Shown here piece by piece: positions 38,655-46,890 of a stretch of DNA of 61,736 nucleotides. The notes below the pieces were generated by a model that was not told the DNA's origin, did not search any database, and saw only the letters and a list, made by a program, of their open reading frames with translations. A program made the position numbers and the translations under genes. The stretch covers positions 1 through 61,736 of IMG/VR virus record IMGVR_UViG_2974716774_000001; one strand, 5' to 3'. Each line of letters starts with the position of its first letter. Position 1 is the first letter of the stretch. This DNA is from Jacunavirus JC01. Taxonomy: Duplodnaviria; Heunggongvirae; Uroviricota; Caudoviricetes; Casjensviridae.

Positions 38655-40763
38655 ATGGCCGAAGCTATTAAGATGGCGGGCTACCGACTGGTAAGCCTGT
38701 CCTATAACGGCAAAACGCCGGACAAGCTGGGCGCGGCCACCGCAGGTACGCTATCCATCATCTACGTTGAGGCCGCGATAAACCGCGTCGCCTCTTTTCG
38801 TCTTACCGCCCTGAGCGCAGCTACCCGATCCCCTGACAGAATTGGTGCCGTGTCTGCGGCCACCACGGCCATGATTTACGTCGAAGCGCCGGTCAACCGC
38901 ATGGCCACGTATCGCCTGGTCGGCCTGAGTGCCACGACTCGCCAGCCGGACAAGCTGGCAGTGGCCACTGCAGGTCTCGTGGCGTTCCTGATCCGCCCGC
39001 CTTTCGGCAGCGCGCAGGCCGGGCGCTTCGGCTTCATCATCGAGCAGAAAGAGGTCGGGCCTCCGGCGTACGTGAAAGAGGCACAGCTGCTCGTTACCGC
39101 CGCGCGGCAGGTGCCGCCGGTAAGCCAGGTCATCTCGTACGAGAGCGTGCGCCAGACAGTGATGCTGACGTCCATGCTCTACGGCGCGATGCCGTTCCCG
39201 CTCTCCTACACTCGCGCGAAGCAGCTGCACCAGCTCGTGCTGCAGGCGAAGCCGATCAGCACTATCTCGTACGAGTCCGTGAAGCAGGTGCGCAACCTGG
39301 CGGCGACGCAGTTCAACTACATCATTCCGGGAGACGTCTGGTCGAAGAGCAGCGCCGCCCAGACCGTGATGCTGGTCTGTCAGTCGCTCACCATTCCGTA
39401 TACGCCGACGTCCGGCGAGTACCTCAGGCAGAACCTGATGCTGGTGGCGCTGCAAAGCGCGCCAATGCCCATCCGTATTTCCCGCGTTACCGTGCGGCAG
39501 GAGAGCGTGCTGGTGGCGCTGAAGCGTCCGCAGGAGAGACTGCCACGGTCGATTACCCGCGTGCCGCTGGTGACGACGCTGGCTTCGCAGAGACGCATCG
39601 ATCCGATGCCGCGCTCCGCCGAATTTGTGGGCGCCGTGCTTTCGCAGGCGTCAGTGCCCACGGTAATGCCGGAGCCGCACGGCCCTGACCACGTAGCGCA
39701 GCTGTATTCGCTGGCGCTGGTTCCGACCGTTATGCCCGCAGTCCAGGGCGTGCAGCAGGTTAAACAGGAGCGCGTGCTGGTGTCGCAGGCCCGCCCGGCG
39801 CCGCTACCGATTTCCCGCGAGGCTGTACCTCAGGTTACGCTGCTTGCCTCGCAGGGCACGTCATACCCGGCACCGGGATCCATGTCGAGCCTGCAGGTGA
39901 AACAGGAGCGCACGCTGGCGCTGGTGCAGTCGTCCTATCCGCCGCCGACCCGCATCTCCTATACCGCCGTGCCTCAGGTGGCCATTGCGTTCATGACCCA
40001 CCCTCCAGCGTCTTACTACCCCGACCCGGAAGTGGTGTACGAGCGCTCGCGCTATGACTTCGTGTCGCAGTTCGTCGAGCTGGTGACGATGGGTCGACCG
40101 TTGGCGCTGCCGCTGTCCTATGTGCCGGTGCCGCAGCTGGCCATGCTCACCGCGCAGCACGCGGACTACCTGTCGCCGGAAGAGATGGCTCGCTCCGGTG
40201 CCTTCACCTGGCAGGTCATCGAGAACGTCGCGACCACAGCGGACTACCCTTCCGCCGACGCACCGGCCAGCCGCGTTATCGTGCCGCAGCTCATCGAGCA
40301 CGTTGCGGTGACGGCCGACTACCCTGATGCCCATCTGCCGGTCAATTACGCGATTGTGACGCAGGTCGTGGAGCATACGGCCACGGTTGAGACTTATCCC
40401 GATCCGGGCACCCTTCAGTCAGTGCAGAATGTGTGGCAGGTATCCGAGCAGCTGGCGGTCGAAACTGATTACCCGGACGCTGGTGCGCTACACTCACCTG
40501 TGATAGCTTTGCAGCTTGTTGAGCAGGTCACTTCGTCGGCTAACTACCCGGACAAAGATTTCCCGCAGTCTTTCGTCCGGCTGGCTCAGGCGACACAGCA
40601 GGTGGCCTTCAAAGCAGCTTACCCTAACAAGGACGTTCCACAGTCCTCGGCTCGGGTAAATCAGGTGCTCCAGCATGTTGCCCGGCGCGACCTGACGATG
40701 TATCAGCTACCGGTACCGCCGCGGCGCCACAGAGTGCGGGTCGTGTGCCGATTCGTGTACTGA
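38655..40763 (+). CDS. Repeat-rich protein (putative tail fibre shaft)
   Basis: 702-aa ORF with three types of internal tandem peptide repeats (N-terminal about 38-aa units, central ISYESV-type units, C-terminal about 27-aa units ending in DYPD/TYPD/NYPD). Confidence 0.55.
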   Translation: MAEAIKMAGYRLVSLSYNGKTPDKLGAATAGTLSIIYVEAAINRVASFRLTALSAATRSPDRIGAVSAATTAMIYVEAPVNRMATYRLVGLSATTRQPDKLAVATAGLVAFLIRPPFGSAQAGRFGFIIEQKEVGPPAYVKEAQLLVTAARQVPPVSQVISYESVRQTVMLTSMLYGAMPFPLSYTRAKQLHQLVLQAKPISTISYESVKQVRNLAATQFNYIIPGDVWSKSSAAQTVMLVCQSLTIPYTPTSGEYLRQNLMLVALQSAPMPIRISRVTVRQESVLVALKRPQERLPRSITRVPLVTTLASQRRIDPMPRSAEFVGAVLSQASVPTVMPEPHGPDHVAQLYSLALVPTVMPAVQGVQQVKQERVLVSQARPAPLPISREAVPQVTLLASQGTSYPAPGSMSSLQVKQERTLALVQSSYPPPTRISYTAVPQVAIAFMTHPPASYYPDPEVVYERSRYDFVSQFVELVTMGRPLALPLSYVPVPQLAMLTAQHADYLSPEEMARSGAFTWQVIENVATTADYPSADAPASRVIVPQLIEHVAVTADYPDAHLPVNYAIVTQVVEHTATVETYPDPGTLQSVQNVWQVSEQLAVETDYPDAGALHSPVIALQLVEQVTSSANYPDKDFPQSFVRLAQATQQVAFKAAYPNKDVPQSSARVNQVLQHVARRDLTMYQLPVPPRRHRVRVVCRFVY

Positions 40764-40771
40764 TATGACTA

Positions 40772-40791
40772 ACGGGCTTCGGCCCGTTTTT
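40772..40791 (+). terminator. Rho-independent terminator after the tail fibre region
   Basis: Hairpin ACGGGC-TTCG-GCCCGT followed by TTTTT. Confidence 0.6.
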
Positions 40792-40806
40792 ACTGAAGGG
40801 GTATCT

Positions 40807-41136
40807 ATGTCCAACCAAAATGCAGACGAAGGGGCAAAATCGGGCGTGAAAGTCGACCTGACAATCAACATCCCGACAATGCTGTCTCTGTTCGCGATGG
40901 TCGCGGGATCCATCACCTATGTTAACGGGCAGATCACCGCCATCAACAATCAGCAGCTCGTGACCGTCGGCGACGTGAAAGTGCTGCAGACGCAGGTAGC
41001 GGCACAGGGAGCGGCGCAGACCGCGCTCCGCGCTGACACCGCCACCCAGCTCGCCCAGTTCCGCACCGAAGTCCGGTCAGACCTACGTGACCTGAAAGAA
41101 GGTGTGGATCAACTCAACCGAAATAGTGGACGTTAA
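40807..41136 (+). CDS. Putative holin (single transmembrane segment)
   Basis: About 110 aa from the ATG at 40807 with RBS GAAGGGG; one hydrophobic helix INIPTMLSLFAMVAGSITYV; directly upstream of the lysis genes. Confidence 0.35.
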   Translation: MSNQNADEGAKSGVKVDLTINIPTMLSLFAMVAGSITYVNGQITAINNQQLVTVGDVKVLQTQVAAQGAAQTALRADTATQLAQFRTEVRSDLRDLKEGVDQLNRNSGR

Positions 41137-41138
41137 TC

Positions 41139-41894
41139 ATGCCGAAATATACCGAGTATTTTGGAAACGCCTCTCTGCCTCGTGGGATCCGGAACAACAA
41201 CCCGGGCAACATCGAATGGGGCAGCCCGTGGCAAGGTCTGGCCAAGACCATCGGGCGCAACCGGGATGACCGATTTGCGCAGTTCGTCGACCCGGCCAGT
41301 GGCATCCGCGCCATTGCCGTGACACTCATCACCTACTATGACAAGCGCAAAGCCAAAGACGGCAGCCGCATCGACAGCGTGCGCGAAGTTATCGATCGCT
41401 GGGCACCGCCGGTCGAGAACAACGTGTCCGCCTACGCGAAGCAGGTGGCCGCGGTGCTCAACGTGCGCCCGGAGGATGAAACGCTAAACCTCCACAACTA
41501 CGACACCATGCGCGGGCTGGTGGAGGGCATCATCCGCCACGAAAACGGCGACCCGAAAAAAGCTGGCGTCACTCCGTACAACAACGCAAACCAGTGGTAT
41601 CCGGACGAAGTGATCGACGAGGCTCTCCGCCGCGCCGGTCTGGTAAAGAAGGTCGCCACGGTAGGCTCCGTTCCCGCCACTAAGACGACCGCCGCTGCCG
41701 GTACCGTCGCTGCCATTGGCGTTGGCCAGCTTGCTGAAGTCAGCCAGCCGGTCATTGACGCCGTGCGCAACTCGCAGGACAACATCACCTCAGGTCAATG
41801 GACGCGCATCGCTTTCGGTGTCGTTACCATCGGCATCGGGGCGTGGCTGACGTACCTGCAGTACCGCAAATACAAAGCGGGTCAAGCCGTATGA
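41139..41894 (+). CDS. Putative endolysin / cell-wall hydrolase with C-terminal transmembrane segment
   Basis: 251-aa ORF between the holin candidate and the spanin pair; conserved-looking GIRNNNPGNIEWG segment; C-terminal hydrophobic helix IAFGVVTIGIGAWLTYLQY. Confidence 0.4.
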   Translation: MPKYTEYFGNASLPRGIRNNNPGNIEWGSPWQGLAKTIGRNRDDRFAQFVDPASGIRAIAVTLITYYDKRKAKDGSRIDSVREVIDRWAPPVENNVSAYAKQVAAVLNVRPEDETLNLHNYDTMRGLVEGIIRHENGDPKKAGVTPYNNANQWYPDEVIDEALRRAGLVKKVATVGSVPATKTTAAAGTVAAIGVGQLAEVSQPVIDAVRNSQDNITSGQWTRIAFGVVTIGIGAWLTYLQYRKYKAGQAV

Positions 41895-42178
41895 TGGCCT
41901 TATGGTCACGGATGAAGACGGGCGTCATTCTGGCGCTCGCCTTCGTCGGCATTCTGCTCAGCGTGTGGTTCGGCGGTCGGCGCAGCGGGTCGGTCAAAGA
42001 ACAGTACGAGCGGAAGAAAGACGAGCTGGCGGCCGAGAAGAAGGCTAACCAGCAGCATACCGAAACGCGTCAGGAGGTGAATGATGTCCAGGATGAAACT
42101 AACTCTCTGCCGCCTGGCGAAGCTGAGCGTCGTCTTCGCGATGGCTGGATGCGCGGCTCCGACGACGGTCGAGACTAA
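41891..42178 (+). CDS. i-spanin (Rz-like)
   Basis: Start overlaps the upstream stop (ATGA); N-terminal TM helix GVILALAFVGILLSVWF followed by a charged coiled-coil-like domain. Confidence 0.55.
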   Translation: MMALWSRMKTGVILALAFVGILLSVWFGGRRSGSVKEQYERKKDELAAEKKANQQHTETRQEVNDVQDETNSLPPGEAERRLRDGWMRGSDDGRD

Positions 42179-42341
42179 CCCGCGAGACTTCTGCCTGGTG
42201 GCCAAAGCGATCTACATCGGCGATGGGGATAAGCTGACGGACAAGACGGCGGAGCAGATTTACAGTCACGACTGCACGGGCCAGCGGCTGTGCGGGTGGG
42301 GCGGTAAGAGGGCAGCAGAGGTATGCAGCAGGAAGCGATAA
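42081..42341 (+). CDS. o-spanin (Rz1-like lipoprotein), overlapping the i-spanin gene
   Basis: Signal peptide with lipobox-like FAMAGC, Cys-containing small periplasmic domain; starts inside the i-spanin gene in another frame. Confidence 0.55.
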   Translation: MMSRMKLTLCRLAKLSVVFAMAGCAAPTTVETNPRDFCLVAKAIYIGDGDKLTDKTAEQIYSHDCTGQRLCGWGGKRAAEVCSRKR

Positions 42342-42347
42342 AAATAT

Positions 42348-42378
42348 GCCCGCTGGGCGCCTGAATCACTCAGCGGGC
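42348..42378 (-). terminator. Possible terminator in the convergent intergenic region
   Basis: Inverted repeat GCCCGCTG ... CAGCGGGC with a 15-nt loop; T-rich only on the minus strand side. Confidence 0.35.
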
Positions 42379-42433
42379 AAACATCACACCAACAAACCGT
42401 CATTCCCGTTCTGTTCGCAGTTAAGCACTTCCC

Positions 42434-42916
42434 TCAGCTGGCGTCAACACTCTCTTTCCTGAAGCACATCCAGTGGGTGTCGACACGTTTCCCTGACCGA
42501 TGGCCAAATAACGGAGCCGCATCCACGAGAGTGAGGATTTCGCGTACGCGGTGGCTGGTGTCGTTCCACTTGAAGATTAGCGTTCCACCCGGCCGGAGAA
42601 CGCGGAAGGCTTCGCTAAAACCTTTCCTCAGGTCTTCCCGCCAGGTGTCTTTGTTGAGCACGCCGTATTTGTGGCGCAGCAAGCTGCGCGGCCCAGCGCG
42701 GGATACGTGCGGTGGATCGAAAACGACCATCTCGAAAGTCTCATCGGCGAAAGGCAGCTGGCGGAAATCTGCCTGGACGTCAGGGCGAACTTCGATGGTT
42801 CGGTCGGTCATCTGAAAAGTGCCCACACGGATGTCGCAGAAAACAACGCGCGGGTCTTTCCTGTCGAACCAGAAAACTCGGCTGCCACAGCACATGTCAA
42901 GCACGGTTTTATCCAT
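42434..42916 (-). CDS. Small DNA methyltransferase (N6-adenine or N4-cytosine type)
   Basis: 160-aa ORF; DPPH motif (VVFDPPHV) and Gly-rich SAM-binding-like LDMCCGSRVF. Confidence 0.55.
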   Translation of the reverse strand: MDKTVLDMCCGSRVFWFDRKDPRVVFCDIRVGTFQMTDRTIEVRPDVQADFRQLPFADETFEMVVFDPPHVSRAGPRSLLRHKYGVLNKDTWREDLRKGFSEAFRVLRPGGTLIFKWNDTSHRVREILTLVDAAPLFGHRSGKRVDTHWMCFRKESVDAS

Positions 42917-43343
42917 CGAGGTTCGCTCCGTGCCACAGGGCGTTATCCGCGTCTCTCTTTTTCATCAGTGCCATCAGGCTATCGGTGTAGCCGCGGACGT
43001 CTATGAGCCCGCCAGCTAGTTTTTTGTTAAGCAGATCCAGCTCCTGCTGATAGGTCATGCAGTGGTCTCCAGGCATGAACAGCATGTGCTTTTTATCCGG
43101 CACGCCGCCGTGCGGCACCATCGCTTCCGAGGCACTGATGATAAGCGCCCGCGCGTGGAAGAACGGCCAGCGGCTGTCCTCAAAGTACATGGCCGGGATG
43201 CTGACGCTTTGGGTGTGAAAGACACCCATTTTGTCGCCTTTCCACTGCCACTGGATCTTCACTGACGAACCTGTGCGCTGGATGTCCACGCGCGCTGCCA
43301 TGTTGGCCGCGTTTGCATAATCGAGAAGTCGAGTCACGTTCAT
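42909..43343 (-). CDS. Hypothetical protein
   Basis: 144-aa ORF overlapping neighbours by 4-8 nt in the leftward operon. Confidence 0.45.
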   Translation of the reverse strand: MNVTRLLDYANAANMAARVDIQRTGSSVKIQWQWKGDKMGVFHTQSVSIPAMYFEDSRWPFFHARALIISASEAMVPHGGVPDKKHMLFMPGDHCMTYQQELDLLNKKLAGGLIDVRGYTDSLMALMKKRDADNALWHGANLDG

Positions 43344-43651
43344 GGCTGTTCACCTTTGCTGATGATTTCAAGGCCGTACTCGCGTATCGCCCGGATGAAC
43401 ACCTTATGCGGGATACGACGAGTGTTTTTGTGTTTCAGGCTGCGCGCCACCACTTCGCCCAGCTCCGGCGAATGGCTCACCACAACGGCACGGAACGCGG
43501 CATCCCGGCGAGGATAATCGTTCAGTATAAACTGGGTGCCGACAGGCAGCTGCGCTTTAAACTCGTTGGCCAGGTTAAGGGCTGCTACGCGCGCCGTGGC
43601 TTCTTTGACCAGCAGCGCGCGGCCGGTGGATGTGTTGGCTTTCACAATCAT
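43340..43651 (-). CDS. Hypothetical protein
   Basis: 103-aa ORF, 4-nt overlaps with both neighbours. Confidence 0.45.
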   Translation of the reverse strand: MIVKANTSTGRALLVKEATARVAALNLANEFKAQLPVGTQFILNDYPRRDAAFRAVVVSHSPELGEVVARSLKHKNTRRIPHKVFIRAIREYGLEIISKGEQP

Positions 43652-44025
43652 TTCAGTTCCTCCGCGATTTGTCTGGCGATGTGGTACAACGGGGCGACTT
43701 TGTTTGGAGCAATGCGCATTGCCGTTTCGAGGCAGCGCGGGATCGGGTCTTCACGACGCGCTTTGGGCCAGTACCACACGTATCCGTGAATGCGCGCTTC
43801 CCAGTAGCAATAGCGCAACGATTGGAGCTGGCTAATAATGCTGCTGTAAGACCGACCGAGCAGCAACGTCATGCGCTCAATGCTGTCGCCGCGCATCACA
43901 CACTTGATGAGGTATTCACGTTCGGCGTCGCTCCAGCGCGTCCGGGCACGCGGTGCAGGCCGTGGCGCGGTTAAGTAGACTGGCTCCAGCGGATAGTCAT
44001 CAAACAGTGAGTTTCTGGCTTTCAC
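43648..44025 (-). CDS. Hypothetical protein with possible HTH (candidate regulator)
   Basis: 125-aa ORF; segment WSDAEREYLIKCVMRGDSIERMTLLLGRSYSSIISQL looks helix-turn-helix-like. Confidence 0.4.
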   Translation of the reverse strand: MKARNSLFDDYPLEPVYLTAPRPAPRARTRWSDAEREYLIKCVMRGDSIERMTLLLGRSYSSIISQLQSLRYCYWEARIHGYVWYWPKARREDPIPRCLETAMRIAPNKVAPLYHIARQIAEELK

Positions 44026-44351
44026 TTCAGATCCTCCGCGGTGAGGTTAAAAGACTTTTTGCAAGACAGCGAGTACACAAGCTCGTCATGCCGCAAGGAT
44101 ACGGTAAGGCATCCCATGACCTCGGAACCGTTCATGACTACAGAGTATTTGGACTCAGCGCCGTTTTTCTCAAAAACGGTGTTAAAAGAAGCGCCGGGAT
44201 AAAGGCGGCGCGATTCTCTCATGACCTTAATCAAGATGTTCGATATTTTTCGGGCGTGCTGTTCACGGATGGCATCGGCAATGCTTTCTGCAAATGCGCC
44301 TACATCACCATCTTTCACTTCAAAGGAGAAACGTGGCGGGATGTTTTTCAT
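44022..44351 (-). CDS. Hypothetical protein
   Basis: 109-aa ORF directly downstream of a promoter. Confidence 0.45.
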   Translation of the reverse strand: MKNIPPRFSFEVKDGDVGAFAESIADAIREQHARKISNILIKVMRESRRLYPGASFNTVFEKNGAESKYSVVMNGSEVMGCLTVSLRHDELVYSLSCKKSFNLTAEDLK

Positions 44352-44385
44352 AAAAAATGCTCCGGTAGTGTGGGTCTACAGGAGC

Positions 44386-44414
44386 ATTATGATTATACAC
44401 TTCATGTGTGTCAA
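44386..44414 (-). promoter_or_regulatory. Sigma70-type promoter with embedded dyad (family member)
   Basis: Minus strand TTGACA-CACATGAAGTGTATAAT-CATAAT; 17-nt spacer contains ACAC-N5-GTGT. Confidence 0.45.
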
Positions 44415-44421
44415 ACAGTTT

Positions 44422-44631
44422 TTACTTGATTTTCGAAAAGTCCATTTTCTGCGCTTCACGCCAGGCCTGATTCTTTGCCTGTCGAACAGACATTCCGGTC
44501 GCACGTAATTCCTCCACGCGGGTCTTTTGCCAGTCGATGTAATGGTACTGCGCCCAGGCCGGTGTCCGGCGGGCTACTGCTTCAAGCCTCTCGACGCGCT
44601 CTTCAAGAGTACGGCCCATTGCTCTCTCCAC
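44422..44631 (-). CDS. Hypothetical protein
   Basis: 69-aa ORF, basic/acidic helical composition. Confidence 0.4.
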   Translation of the reverse strand: MERAMGRTLEERVERLEAVARRTPAWAQYHYIDWQKTRVEELRATGMSVRQAKNQAWREAQKMDFSKIK

Positions 44632-44948
44632 TATTTCTGTTTAGCCACCCAGTCCGCGTTAATTGAAAAGCGGACGAACCCTTCTTTGTCCGGCGCTGAG
44701 CCGACGTCTACGGCTCGCAGGCGTCGCCACCCAAGATATTTCGCCGGAACGAAATGCGTATTAAAGCCGGGAAGCAGGTGCATGTAGTAATGCACGGGCT
44801 TAAACGGCACTTCGAGCACCGGCATGTCGTGATACGACATCTCCCGGTATGCCCGCTTCGCCTCTTTGTAGGCAAGAGCGAACAACATGTGGCGACGCTT
44901 GAGCTGTTCCACGTAGTTAAACCGTCTTATCTGAGCTGCGCTAAACAT
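44631..44948 (-). CDS. Hypothetical protein
   Basis: 105-aa ORF downstream of a family promoter. Confidence 0.45.
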   Translation of the reverse strand: MFSAAQIRRFNYVEQLKRRHMLFALAYKEAKRAYREMSYHDMPVLEVPFKPVHYYMHLLPGFNTHFVPAKYLGWRRLRAVDVGSAPDKEGFVRFSINADWVAKQK

Positions 44949-44982
44949 AAAAATCCCCTCGTTGGATTAACCTTCAAGGGGA

Positions 44983-45011
44983 ATATAGATTACACACTAG
45001 AGGTGTGTCAA
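44983..45011 (-). promoter_or_regulatory. Sigma70-type promoter with embedded dyad (family member)
   Basis: Minus strand TTGACA-CACCTCTAGTGTGTAAT-CTATAT. Confidence 0.45.
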
Positions 45012-45217
45012 CGACTTTCTCGGCTGTTCCACGGCTGCGAGATGTCAGAGTCAACAACGCATCCGGTAAACGGCGCCCAGGACGTGCGGGTCTGCTGGTT
45101 GATGCCTGTGGTAGTGCAGATTGAGGACGATACTGCCGACCACAGATAGAACACAAAGAGAACCGCGAGAACGATAGTCACTGCAGCGCCAACGCCTTTG
45201 GTATGATTGATTACCAT
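45008..45217 (-). CDS. Small membrane protein (putative)
   Basis: About 69 aa from the ATG at 45217 preceded by RBS GGAGG; one hydrophobic helix AAVTIVLAVLFVFYLW. Confidence 0.35.
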   Translation of the reverse strand: MVINHTKGVGAAVTIVLAVLFVFYLWSAVSSSICTTTGINQQTRTSWAPFTGCVVDSDISQPWNSRESR

Positions 45218-45313
45218 AGCTGGCCTCCGTCTGGTTTGGTGTATCACCGCTTTCAAAATACCAGAGCGCCACTGCCTTCCTCTTCAGATTAGTCTGCTTA
45301 ATGTAAATCTGCT

Positions 45314-46021
45314 TTACAGATCCTCCCACCTTCTGAACCACGCTTCCCGATCGAAATGCTTCTTCGCCGCCAGTGGCATCCCGATCTCCATCAGCTCTTC
45401 CCGGCGGACGTACTCTTCTGGCGCGCGGCTGGTGCTGAGGCCATCGAAGATAATCAGCGACGCGCCGAAGCCTGCGGTAGAGGCATCAGAAGACATGGCG
45501 TCTGGTCTGTACCAGCGAGGCAGGTCGAAAGCGATACGCCCTTTGATGTGGATAATCTTCGAGCATTCGCCGTCCGGCCACCAGCTCTCCGACGTCGCCG
45601 ACTTCACCAGCCAGAAAGATGGCGTGCCTTTCCGGTGCTCTTCGTACGCCTTCTTCATGATGTGCTGCATACCGGTGACGTGGGGCGCCCGACGGCCGCG
45701 CCCGGCGCGCTTGATGCTGTAAGGTGGATTGCCGAAGCATTTGACCGGCTCAGCGTCATCCGCACCCGCCAGCTCGGCACCTTTGCGCAGCGCTGCGCTC
45801 CAGTCCTGCGTCAGCGCGTTATCATCTGCCGTGAAGAACACCGGGCACTTCGCATTGGGGCCGTCACTGAACAGGTCGACGACGAACGGGCCATACAGCT
45901 CATCCAGCGCCAGGTAGAGCCAGTCCGGCGTACACCACTGGTCGCCTATCTCGTTCGGCAGGTGGGTCTGCTGGGCCTGCAGTTGCTGCAGAGCACGCAC
46001 GTACTCATTGCTCATCGGCAT
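45314..46021 (-). CDS. DNA N6-adenine methyltransferase (phage Dam-like)
   Basis: 235-aa ORF; NPPY catalytic motif (CFGNPPYS) and W-C-T-P-D-W segment. Confidence 0.65.
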   Translation of the reverse strand: MPMSNEYVRALQQLQAQQTHLPNEIGDQWCTPDWLYLALDELYGPFVVDLFSDGPNAKCPVFFTADDNALTQDWSAALRKGAELAGADDAEPVKCFGNPPYSIKRAGRGRRAPHVTGMQHIMKKAYEEHRKGTPSFWLVKSATSESWWPDGECSKIIHIKGRIAFDLPRWYRPDAMSSDASTAGFGASLIIFDGLSTSRAPEEYVRREELMEIGMPLAAKKHFDREAWFRRWEDL

Positions 46022-46490
46022 CCCCTTTGAGATACGGCGGGATGAATCCGTGTACCTGGTCTCCCTCGCGCAGCAGGCGGATCATCATTGCAAGCACGTC
46101 AACCATTTCCGACTCAACCCGGTGCCAGCTGCCTCGTCCTTCGAGATAATGGACGCATTCCTTTGTGACCTCGCCAGCCTCTTCCCCGAATTTGGTCAGC
46201 ACATAGTTGGGCTGGGGGAATTTCTGCATGGCTGCCTCAGCGCGCTCCATCGCGTCGTCCACCAGCTTGAGGAAGAGCTGCTGGCCTCTGTCCTTGTTGC
46301 TGGACAGCGCATGGAACTCATCGGTGTGGATGAAATAGTGCTTGATGGTTCCCGCGATATTAGGCGTGTGACGGCTGGTGTCGTGTCCAGCGTGGAAAGC
46401 CCAGCTGAAAAAGTCCAGCATCTGCTCGGTGGTAAAAGTCAGCGTCTTGCCTTTCTGCTCGCTGATAATTTCGTCAAATGTCTTGCTCAT
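46005..46490 (-). CDS. MazG-like nucleotide pyrophosphohydrolase (putative)
   Basis: About 161 aa; acidic motif pattern FGEEAGEVTKE...ESEMVDVLAMM resembles the EExxE...E..D metal-binding signature. Confidence 0.4.
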   Translation of the reverse strand: MSKTFDEIISEQKGKTLTFTTEQMLDFFSWAFHAGHDTSRHTPNIAGTIKHYFIHTDEFHALSSNKDRGQQLFLKLVDDAMERAEAAMQKFPQPNYVLTKFGEEAGEVTKECVHYLEGRGSWHRVESEMVDVLAMMIRLLREGDQVHGFIPPYLKGDADEQ

Positions 46491-46864
46491 TTGTATCCCC
46501 ATGATTTAACAATGTGAATCACCCGGCGGCACTGCTTGATGCTGAAGTGTCCAATGTGGCAGCGGCCCACGGAAATGCGCATGGCGCGGGCCAGCATCCT
46601 GTATGCAACGTCGCGGGAGTGCCTGCCATTGCGCCACACCTGGTCGAACAGGCGGTGCGCTTCGCTCCTGACGGCGCGCAGGTTTTTATTGGCCAGCGTT
46701 CCCATTGGGGCTTCTGTTCCCCTGTGGCAGCCGACATAGGCGTCACATGGCACGCAACGCCAGAACTTCTTGTCGGCGAGGTCTTCGCGGTGCGGATACA
46801 GGTCTGTGCCGCTGGCCAGCTCCGCAGGTTTTCCGCAGTATGTACATTTAACTTGAGATGGCAT
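46487..46864 (-). CDS. Zinc-finger protein (phage-associated CxxC...CxxC)
   Basis: 125-aa ORF; Cys pairs CTYCGKP and CVPCDAYVGCH. Confidence 0.45.
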   Translation of the reverse strand: MPSQVKCTYCGKPAELASGTDLYPHREDLADKKFWRCVPCDAYVGCHRGTEAPMGTLANKNLRAVRSEAHRLFDQVWRNGRHSRDVAYRMLARAMRISVGRCHIGHFSIKQCRRVIHIVKSWGYK

Positions 46865-46890
46865 TAAACTGCTCCCATGCTAATCGGTTT

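Noticed and set aside
40765-40806. Upstream ATG at 40765 as start of the holin-like gene
   Set aside because: That ATG lies inside the terminator hairpin at 40772-40791; the ATG at 40807 has a proper RBS
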